A DNA stretch of 28,098 nucleotides from Thermoplasmata archaeon. Its GTDB lineage: Archaea > Thermoplasmatota > E2 > JACPAO01 > JAHFTW01. Numbering within the stretch: the first letter of the stretch is position 1; each line of letters opens with the position of its first letter. The position numbers were made by a program, and so were the translations under genes. A model generated the notes under the pieces. It saw nothing but the letters and a program-made list of their open reading frames with translations. It was not told the DNA's origin and ran no database searches. Location of the stretch: assembly GCA_034667805.1 (NCBI GenBank), contig JAXDQQ010000313.1, positions 1 through 28,098 of the forward strand. The letters run 5' to 3'. Positions 15,601-21,621 of this stretch are shown in pieces.

Positions 15601-16903
15601 CCTGGACGCCTTCCCGGCCTCGGGCCCCGCCCTCGGCGGCACCGACGTCGTGGTCCGCGGCACCGGCTTCGCCGAGCACGCGACGGTCACGTTCGGCGGC
15701 ATCGCGGTCCCCGCGGACGACGTCGTCGTGTCGGCGAACGGGCAGAGCATCAACGTGGTCGCGCCTAGCCACACGGCCGGTCCGGCCGTGATCGAGGTCG
15801 CCAACCCCGACGGCAAGAAGGTGACCCTCTCGAGCGGGTTCACCTACCTCGGCGCGGGCGGGGCGGTCTCCACCGTCCCGACGCTGTCCACGGTCTCGCC
15901 CAACCAGGGCGTCCTGGCGGGCAACACGGCAGTGACCCTCACCGGCACCAACTTCGCCGGCACGCCGACGGTCACCTTCGGCGGCGTCGCGGCCACCGAG
16001 GTCACGCTCGTGTCCTCCATGCAGATCACCGCGAAGACGCCGGCCCATGCGGCCGGCGTGGTGGACGTCGTCGTCACCATCGGCACGCAGACCGCCACCA
16101 AGACGGCCGGCTTCACTTACACCGACACGCCCTCGACGGGCGGCGGTGGCGGTGGCGGCTCCGGCGGAACGGGCGGCACCGGCGGGACTGGCGGTACCGG
16201 CGGCACGGGCGGCACCGGTGGGACCGGCGGCACGGGCGGGACGGGCGGACCCCTGGTCCTGACGGCCGCGGCCATCAAGAACGCCAACGACCGGATCAAG
16301 ATCACCGTCACCCGCGAGGGCAACGAGAACGTGATCTCCATCGACCTGCCCTCGAGCCGGCCCGCGACGGTGCTCGGCCTGCAGGTCTGGCGCTCCAACA
16401 GCCCGTACGACCTAGTGGACGAGATCCCGGCCACCGACACCGAGTTCCGCGACTCCGGCGCCAACGCCAAGGCGACGACGAAGTACCTCGTCACGATGTT
16501 CTACGGCAGCACCGCTGCGCTGGGCAAGTTCACCAGCAGCACGGCGCCGGACACCGACGACTACCCCGGCGTCGCCTCGACGGACGGGTCCAGCTCGGAC
16601 AGCGGCAACGGCTCCTTGCCGACGTGGGCCATCGTGCTCATCGCCCTGGGCATCCTCTTCCTCGTGGTCCTGGTCGCGGTGCTCATCGCCCGCGGCCGCA
16701 ACCGCGAAGGCAACCAGGCCGCCGCGCAGGGCTACGCCTGGCAGGAAGAGGGCGAGGCCAAGGCCGCCGAAGGCGAATGGCAGCCGCCGGCCGAGGTCCA
16801 CCAGGCCCGCTGCCCGGCGTGCGCCACGAGCTTCACGGCCACCGGCCAGAAGCCCATCGTGACGGTCTGCCCCGGCTGCGGCAAGAAAGGCATCCTCCGC
16901 TAG
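12677..16903 (+). CDS. IPT/TIG-repeat surface protein (12 domains) with (GGT)n linker, FN3-like domain, TM helix and cytoplasmic zinc ribbon (1408 aa)
   Basis: Signal peptide MQKPVALVFALLLALGALTVVPSAAA. Twelve repeats of APTITSVSPxSGxxxGGTxVTITGTNF...VxVxNPDG...FTY. TM at 16625-16690. CPAC-x15-CPGC at 16811-16879. Confidence 0.94.
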   Translation: MQKPVALVFALLLALGALTVVPSAAAAPSVTSVSPSSDDTNGGTDVTLTGTGFGTDFGTVTFGGNAAELISWTDTVIHTYSPPRNTTLTTPSPTGAVNIVVTDSDGAATTFGNGFTYTTSSAPTVTGSSPNFGTTNGGTAITIQGTNFAPGHFAPLVYLGGTPAEVTAHAATSITVTSPAHTPGSVSIVVRNPDNKAASLGTAFSFVTAQAPTITTVAPASGPSTGLAGVVITGTNFFTDPAVTFGGVLGTVTGSTGSTITVTAPPHTSGTVAVVVQNRDGGSVTKANGFTFNDGTPPALSTAPASVVTGSIAGGTLVCLPGTGIQPDAVVKLDGLLAYDVEVPADTSCTGPDNAISFRSPAHAALGTVGVEVTNPDGQSATRSNVFTYRNLLFLQSISPTTGSCNGGTTVTLTGFGFASGSKVFFGSKEATGVSGSGASLTAVTPGGTCTSLGSVPVAVLSPNGEKATLAGAYTYTGASAPTITSVSPTSGSTNGNYALTITGTNFFVPPTSGTKPTVTVGGIPAKVGAVTATTIAITVPTKAEGALNPAPIIVSNPGGQAVTSNLFQYVTATDPAISATAGSTNPVTNSATNGGATYTLTGTGFATGSSVPTPTSVPANGDILPKVCVGDTTADSLCTGGILATLSGTPTATSIAFIIPARTGWTATVADDVYVINPNGDLSNSPNLINYNADSAAPTIDSAAGDVSPVTGSSLGRTSVTIKGTGFSVTNKPTVTIGGAAATVTSVSTTSLTVSTGARASGTNLDILVTNPDGDSVIATQKFTYTQSAPPTILGSGGFSVTGSALSTALPITITGTNFAKELDATHPLMFGSLDATTVVVVSDTQITAVIPSSALEGVVTVVVKNKDGQSASLANSFRYFPAPPTITGLSDDTDSVNGGDSTNINGGGFEKAFSPFIGGQPVRDAKFNNAGQFTVETPSHAAGVVETAIVDEFGQTATLPASFTFVVALAPTILDAFPASGPALGGTDVVVRGTGFAEHATVTFGGIAVPADDVVVSANGQSINVVAPSHTAGPAVIEVANPDGKKVTLSSGFTYLGAGGAVSTVPTLSTVSPNQGVLAGNTAVTLTGTNFAGTPTVTFGGVAATEVTLVSSMQITAKTPAHAAGVVDVVVTIGTQTATKTAGFTYTDTPSTGGGGGGGSGGTGGTGGTGGTGGTGGTGGTGGTGGTGGPLVLTAAAIKNANDRIKITVTREGNENVISIDLPSSRPATVLGLQVWRSNSPYDLVDEIPATDTEFRDSGANAKATTKYLVTMFYGSTAALGKFTSSTAPDTDDYPGVASTDGSSSDSGNGSLPTWAIVLIALGILFLVVLVAVLIARGRNREGNQAAAQGYAWQEEGEAKAAEGEWQPPAEVHQARCPACATSFTATGQKPIVTVCPGCGKKGILR
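16139..16249 (+). repeat. Gly-rich coding repeat G7-S-(GGT)9-GG
   Basis: Nine GGT tripeptides (16163-16243) with varied synonymous codons. Confidence 0.9.
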
Positions 16904-16910
16904 GCGCCGG

Positions 16911-16960
16911 TCCCTGACCCTCCCCCTCTCCTTCCCTCCTTCTTCCCTTTTCCCCACCCT
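16911..16960 (+). terminator. Pyrimidine-tract terminator
   Basis: About 43 nt almost purely C/T (16918-16960) immediately after stop 16903. Confidence 0.65.
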
Positions 16961-16967
16961 ATTTTAG
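16960..16967 (+). promoter_or_regulatory. Probable TATA box of the rimK operon
   Basis: TATTTTAG ends 22 nt before GTG 16990, consistent with a leaderless start. Confidence 0.5.
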
Positions 16968-16989
16968 GCGCCCCGGCCTTTGTCTCGGC

Positions 16990-17883
16990 GTGCGGTTCCT
17001 GTTCCTGACGCGGGAGCCCCGTCTCTATTCCATGCGGCGGTTTCAGCAGGCCTGCCGCAAGGAAGGGCATGCGTTCGAGACGCTCGACGTCATGGCCTGC
17101 AACCTCGTGCTCCACCCCAAGGACCCGCAGCTGTGGTCCGCCGGCGACCCCGTCGAGCGCGGCGACGTGGACGTCGTGGTCCCCCGCATCGGCACCACCG
17201 TCACCGACGTCGGCTGCGCCGTCGTCAACCAGTTCGAGGTCATGGAGGTCCCGGTCATCAACACGTCGCGCGCCATCCAGCACGCCCGCGACAAGCTGCT
17301 GTCGCTGCAGCTCTTGACCCGCGCCAATGTCGACCTGCCGCGCACGGCCGTGATCCGCACCACGGAGGACCTCGACGAGGCCATCGAGCAGGTGGGCGGC
17401 ATCCCCTGCGTGCTCAAGCTCCTCAAAGGCACGCAGGGCATCGGCGTCATGCTGGCGGAGAGCCGCGAGGGGCTGGAGTCGATCCTGCAGGCGTTCTGGA
17501 GCCTCGACCACATCGTCCTGCTGCAGGAGTTCATCGCGGAGTCCAAGGGCAAGGACGTGCGCGCCTTCGTCGTCGGGGACAAGGTCGTGGGCGCCATGCG
17601 CCGCGAGGCGAAGATCGGCGACTTCCGCAGCAACATCCACCGCGGCGGCACCGGCCGCGCCGTGAAGCTCTCCAAGGAGGTCGAGGAGTCGGTCCTCGAG
17701 GCGACGCGCGCCCTCGGCCTGCAGGTCGCCGGCGTGGACTACCTCGAATCACGTGACGGGCCGAAGGTCATCGAGGTCAACGCCAGCCCGGGCTTCGAGG
17801 GACTCGAGCAGGCGACGGAGAAGGACATCGCCGGCGAGGTCGTGCGCTACGCCGCGCGCTTCGCGAAGGAGGCCCGGAAGTGA
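16990..17883 (+). CDS. rimK: RimK-family ATP-grasp alpha-L-glutamate ligase
   Basis: VVPRIGTTVT, ARDKLLSLQLL, LKLLKGTQGIGV, LLQEFI, DVRAFVVG, FRSNIHRGG, AGVD and IEVNASPGFEGLE motifs. Confidence 0.93.
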   Translation: MRFLFLTREPRLYSMRRFQQACRKEGHAFETLDVMACNLVLHPKDPQLWSAGDPVERGDVDVVVPRIGTTVTDVGCAVVNQFEVMEVPVINTSRAIQHARDKLLSLQLLTRANVDLPRTAVIRTTEDLDEAIEQVGGIPCVLKLLKGTQGIGVMLAESREGLESILQAFWSLDHIVLLQEFIAESKGKDVRAFVVGDKVVGAMRREAKIGDFRSNIHRGGTGRAVKLSKEVEESVLEATRALGLQVAGVDYLESRDGPKVIEVNASPGFEGLEQATEKDIAGEVVRYAARFAKEARK

Positions 17884-19055
17884 AGAAGGACCGCCTCAGC
17901 GAAGGCGGCGACATCGGCGAGGAGCGCACGGCCGGGACGAAGCTGCCACCAAAGCCGCCGCCGCCGAAGGTCCCCAAGGGCCTCAAGGACGACCGCTTCG
18001 GTGGCAAGCTCGTCAAGCCCGGGGACGTCGTCCAGGTGGACCTCAAGGTCTCGGAGACGGTGAGCCACCAGCCGGGCCGCATCCCGGTCATCATCATCCG
18101 GGGAGAGAAACCGGGGCCGACGATGTACGTCACGTCGGCCGTCCATGGCGACGAGATCAACGGCGTCGCCATCGTGCGCCACCTCATCGCCGGTCTCGCC
18201 GGGCGCCTCGACAAGGGGACGCTCATCGCCGTGCCCGTCGCCAACCGCTTCGGCTTCGACTCCAACGACCGCTACCTGCCCGACCGGCGCGACCTCAACC
18301 GGCACTTCCCCGGCGATGCCAAAGGGCACATGGCCGCGCGCATCGCCGACCACCTCTTCCGCAAGGTCGTGCAGATCTCCGACGCCGGCATCGACCTGCA
18401 CACCGCGGCCGCCGGCAACGCCAACCTGTGCCACATCCGCGGCAACGCTGACAACTCCCTTGTCAAGGACCTCATGCGGGCGACTGGGGTCCCCGTCCTC
18501 GTCCACAGCGACGGCCCGAAAGGCTCGCTGCGCCGCGCCGCCACGGAGGCGGGCGTCCCTAGCATCCTCTTCGAGGCCGGCGAGGCGGGGCGCTTCCACC
18601 GCCACGCCGTCGAGATCGGCCACCACGCCGTGCTGCAGCTGCTGGCGGCCGCCGAGATGGTGGAGGGCCGCTTCCGCCGCCCGGCGTTCCAGACGCTCGT
18701 GCGCCGATCCGAGTGGGTGCGGTCCGACCACGGCGGCATCGTCGACCTGCGCGTCGAGCCCGGCGACCTGCTTGCCAAGGGCCAGGAGATCGGCGCCATC
18801 TACGACCCTTACGGGCACCACGTCGACCACATCGTGGCCGACCGCTCGGGGGTCGTCCTCGGCATCGCCACCGACCCGCTGATCAACCCCGGGATGGCGC
18901 TCGTGCACGTCGGCGAGCTTGACAAGACCCTGCAGGCGGCGAAGGACTACGTCGCCACGGGTGGGGACCTCGGATACATCCGCTGGAAGCCGCCGCAGGA
19001 GAAGGCGTCGCGGGCGCGCAACGCGAAGCTGGGCGGCAAGGCGCCGGATTCGTAA
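17880..19055 (+). CDS. Succinylglutamate desuccinylase/aspartoacylase-family (M14-like) zinc hydrolase
   Basis: SAVHGDEINGV (His 18144, Glu 18153), DLNRHFPG, DLHT, LFEAGE and a C-terminal biotinyl-like barrel. GTGA overlap with the rimK stop. Confidence 0.92.
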   Translation: MKKDRLSEGGDIGEERTAGTKLPPKPPPPKVPKGLKDDRFGGKLVKPGDVVQVDLKVSETVSHQPGRIPVIIIRGEKPGPTMYVTSAVHGDEINGVAIVRHLIAGLAGRLDKGTLIAVPVANRFGFDSNDRYLPDRRDLNRHFPGDAKGHMAARIADHLFRKVVQISDAGIDLHTAAAGNANLCHIRGNADNSLVKDLMRATGVPVLVHSDGPKGSLRRAATEAGVPSILFEAGEAGRFHRHAVEIGHHAVLQLLAAAEMVEGRFRRPAFQTLVRRSEWVRSDHGGIVDLRVEPGDLLAKGQEIGAIYDPYGHHVDHIVADRSGVVLGIATDPLINPGMALVHVGELDKTLQAAKDYVATGGDLGYIRWKPPQEKASRARNAKLGGKAPDS

Positions 19056-19088
19056 ACGCTGGGCTGTTCTGGCCGCCGGCAGGTCAGC

Positions 19089-19141
19089 CGCAGAGGGCGC
19101 AGAGACCGCGGAGAACCTCTGCGACCTCTGCGCCGTCTGCG
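19089..19141. repeat. REP-like palindrome with 9-bp-periodic CGCAGAG/CTCTGCG units
   Basis: CGCAGAG at 19089 and 19098, CGCGGAG at 19107; CTCTGCG at 19117 and 19126, GTCTGCG at 19135. Starts 33 nt after stop 19055. Confidence 0.85.
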
Positions 19142-19220
19142 TCTGCCCCTGCCCCGGAGGCTACCCGCCCGGGCCAAGTCCCGAAACCGTCAAGTCCCCC
19201 AAGAGGTGGCCCAGGTGTCC

Positions 19221-20384
19221 ATGGACTTCCAGCACACCTCCGACCAGCAGCTCGTGCGCAAGACGATGCGCGAGTTCGCCGAGACGGAGGTGGCCGCCGT
19301 CGCCCGCCGCATGGACGAGGAGGACTGGTGGTGCGACACGCTCGTGCCGCGCATGGCCGAGCTCGGGCTCCTCGGGATGACGGTGAAGGCCGAGCACGGC
19401 GGCGCTGGGCTCGACACCGTGTCGTACAACATCGCCATCGAGGAGATCGCCCGCGTCTCCGGCTCCCTGGCCCTCTCGCTCGCCGCGCACAACGGCCTCG
19501 GCATCTCGCAGATCTACACGCAGGGCGACGACGCCCAGCGCGAGAAGTACGTCCGCCCGATGGCGCAGGGCTCGAAGATCGGCGCCTGGTGCCTGACCGA
19601 ACCCACGGCGGGGTCCGACGCGGCCGGCCTCGAGACGCGCGCCGTGCGCGACGGCGACGGCTGGCGCATCGACGGCGCGAAGCAGTTCATCACCAACGGC
19701 CACATCGCCTCCGTCTTCACCATCATGGCAAGGACGACGCCGGTCACGGCAGCGGCCTCCGCGAGCGAGAAGGCGAGGACCATCACGGCGTTCGTCGCGG
19801 AGAAAGGCGCGAAGGGCCTCCACCTCGGGAAGAAGGAGGACAAGCTCGGCATGCGCGGCAGCATCACGAGCGCCCTCTACTTCGAGGACCTCTGGGTGCC
19901 CGACGACGCCATGGTCGGCAAGCTCGGCGAGGGCTTCATCGGCACCATGCGCACCCTGGACGCCGGCCGCATCGCCATCGGCAGCCTCGCCCTTGGCCTG
20001 GCGCAAGGCGCGTTCGACGCGAGCCTGGCGTACGCGCAGGAGCGCAAGCAGTTCGGCAAGCCCATCGCCGCGAACCAGGCCATCCAGTGGAAGCTCGCCG
20101 ACATGGCGACGCAGATCGACGCCGCGCGCATGCTGCTGACGCGCGCTGCGACACTGAAGGACCAGGGGCAGCCGTTCACCCGCGAGGCCAGCATGGGCAA
20201 GCTGTACGCCTCCGAGGTCGGCATGTGGGTGACGACGCAGGCCATCCAGGTCCACGGCGGCAACGGCTACACCCGCGACTACCCGGTGGAGCGCATGTTC
20301 CGCGACGTCAAGCTGTGCGAGATCGGCGAGGGCTCGTCCGAAGTCCAAAGGATGGTCATCGCCAAATCTCTTGGCCTGCGTTAG
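19221..20384 (+). CDS. Acyl-CoA dehydrogenase (short-chain/butyryl-like family)
   Basis: [76 protein letters not shown] and [10 protein letters not shown] (catalytic Glu position). ATG 19221 (MDFQHT...) is preferred over GTG 19206. Confidence 0.96.
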   Translation: MDFQHTSDQQLVRKTMREFAETEVAAVARRMDEEDWWCDTLVPRMAELGLLGMTVKAEHGGAGLDTVSYNIAIEEIARVSGSLALSLAAHNGLGISQIYTQGDDAQREKYVRPMAQGSKIGAWCLTEPTAGSDAAGLETRAVRDGDGWRIDGAKQFITNGHIASVFTIMARTTPVTAAASASEKARTITAFVAEKGAKGLHLGKKEDKLGMRGSITSALYFEDLWVPDDAMVGKLGEGFIGTMRTLDAGRIAIGSLALGLAQGAFDASLAYAQERKQFGKPIAANQAIQWKLADMATQIDAARMLLTRAATLKDQGQPFTREASMGKLYASEVGMWVTTQAIQVHGGNGYTRDYPVERMFRDVKLCEIGEGSSEVQRMVIAKSLGLR

Positions 20385-20483
20385 CAGGATCCCAAGAGAG
20401 TTGGCGATGCCGAGGCGCCGAGCGCCGAGGGGACTCGGCAGGCCGAAGGCCCGTCGGGCCATCGCCAAATCTCTTGGCCTGCG
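20357..20483. repeat. Direct-inverted-direct triplet of the acyl-CoA dehydrogenase 3' end
   Basis: CATCGCCAAATCTCTTGGCCTGCG is identical at 20357-20380 and 20460-20483. The inverted copy CCAAGAGAGTTGGCGATG (20392-20409) has 1 mismatch over 18 nt. Confidence 0.9.
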
Positions 20484-20555
20484 ATAAAAACCAGGAACGC
20501 TGCGCAGGAGCCCGGACGCGGCAAGGCTCAAAGCAAGGGCCGGAGTCGCTCGCGC

Positions 20556-21440
20556 ATGGCCTGGGCCCAGTCCCTCCTGTTGGCAGCGTTGCTGCTGGCA
20601 GGCTGCGCGGCGGGCCCCGCCGAGGCGCCCCCGGCGCCGGACGTCGAGTTCGGGGCCATGTCGCTGGAGACCGTGCCCCTCGAACCGTTCGAGGCCCGCG
20701 GCGTGATCCGCGTCGCTTGGGCCGGTGACCTCTTCGCCGTCCACACCAAGGGCGAAGGCGGGATGCCCGCCATGGCGGTCCGGCAAGGATCCGTCCTTTA
20801 CACGACGGAGACCGGCATGGGATGGACGAGCCAGGACGTGACCGCCTTCGCGTCCTCCAGCGTGCGCGGCTTCCGCTACCTGGCTTGGGACGTTCCGGCG
20901 CTTCTTGAGGAGGGCCGGGTCACCTCGGTGTCGGAAGGCCGCTTCGAGGCAGAATCCGACTTCAACGACCGCAACGGACCGCAGACGGCGGGCATCGTCG
21001 TCCTGCACGACGGCCACACGGTGACCGAGGCCAGGGTGACGACTGCCGCCGACCCGGAAAGCCCCTACACGTTGCGGCCGGCGGCCGGCTTCCCCTTCCC
21101 CGTGGCCGTCCCATCCCCGTCCCGGCCGGTGGCCGAGGTCCTGCGGATGGACGCGACTGCCCGCGACGTCCATGCCGGGGTCCTCAAGCTGGTCGCCGAC
21201 TACAGCCGCAACCATGCCGGCTCCTTGCCTGACCGCCTCGACCCCGACGCCTTGCGCGTCGAGATGCTGGCCTCCGGGGCGAGCTGGCCGGAGGGCGCCT
21301 ACGACGGCCAGCCCCTGCACGAAGCCTCGGCCAGCGGACAGTTCCACTGGGTCCACTGCGCGTTGAACGACGGTGTCTACGAGGGGTACGGCTGGGACGG
21401 CGCGGCGGTCCGCTACGCGTTCGGCCGAGGCTGCGCCTAA
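20556..21440 (+). CDS. Hypothetical lipoprotein (294 aa)
   Basis: MAWAQSLLLAALLLAG-C lipobox, GC3-biased codons, stop TAA 21438-21440. No family recognised. Confidence 0.8.
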   Translation: MAWAQSLLLAALLLAGCAAGPAEAPPAPDVEFGAMSLETVPLEPFEARGVIRVAWAGDLFAVHTKGEGGMPAMAVRQGSVLYTTETGMGWTSQDVTAFASSSVRGFRYLAWDVPALLEEGRVTSVSEGRFEAESDFNDRNGPQTAGIVVLHDGHTVTEARVTTAADPESPYTLRPAAGFPFPVAVPSPSRPVAEVLRMDATARDVHAGVLKLVADYSRNHAGSLPDRLDPDALRVEMLASGASWPEGAYDGQPLHEASASGQFHWVHCALNDGVYEGYGWDGAAVRYAFGRGCA

Positions 21441-21459
21441 AAATTCTTGTCGCGGATAG

Positions 21460-21540
21460 TTCCCCGAGCGGGGACTTACGGGGAATTCTGTGCAAATCTG
21501 CACTTGAAACATGCCTCAAGTTTCTTGAAGGGAGGGTGGC
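21460..21540 (+). promoter_or_regulatory. AT-rich regulatory region with overlapping inverted repeats upstream of the giant protease gene
   Basis: TCCCCG/CGGGGA (21461-21484), GTGCA/TGCAC (21490-21503), ACTTGA/TCAAGT (21502-21521) and TCAAG/CTTGA (21516-21528). 21505-21524 matches 6329-6348 at 15/20 positions. Confidence 0.55.
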
Positions 21541-21621
21541 GTCGGCGCTCGTCCGGGTGGTGGTCATGGGCGAGGCGCAAGCCTGCCTAGGACAAACCTC
21601 GGTCCTGGTGGTTGACCCATT

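Noticed and set aside
16139-16249. GGT repeat as a phase-variable DNA VNTR
   Set aside because: Synonymous codons differ between units and the period is a multiple of 3, so slippage would not switch expression.
19175-19198. CAAGTCCC direct repeat (19175, 19191) upstream of the acyl-CoA dehydrogenase
   Set aside because: Only 8 bp and two copies, overlapping the likely promoter; too weak to call an operator.
18919-19380. ORF containing [19 protein letters not shown], a possible metal-binding protein
   Set aside because: This peptide is simply the translation of the 9-bp-periodic palindrome, and the ORF overlaps two real genes.
20357-20483. 24-bp direct repeat as a mini CRISPR array
   Set aside because: Only two direct copies, a 79-nt structured spacer containing an inverted copy, the first copy is protein-coding, and there are no cas genes.
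20382-20558. UAG read-through (pyrrolysine-like) fusing the acyl-CoA dehydrogenase to the in-frame lipoprotein
   Set aside because: The frame is indeed open to ATG 20556, but this is likely by chance in GC-rich DNA. The dehydrogenase C-terminus is canonical, and fusing it to a signal peptide makes no topological sense.
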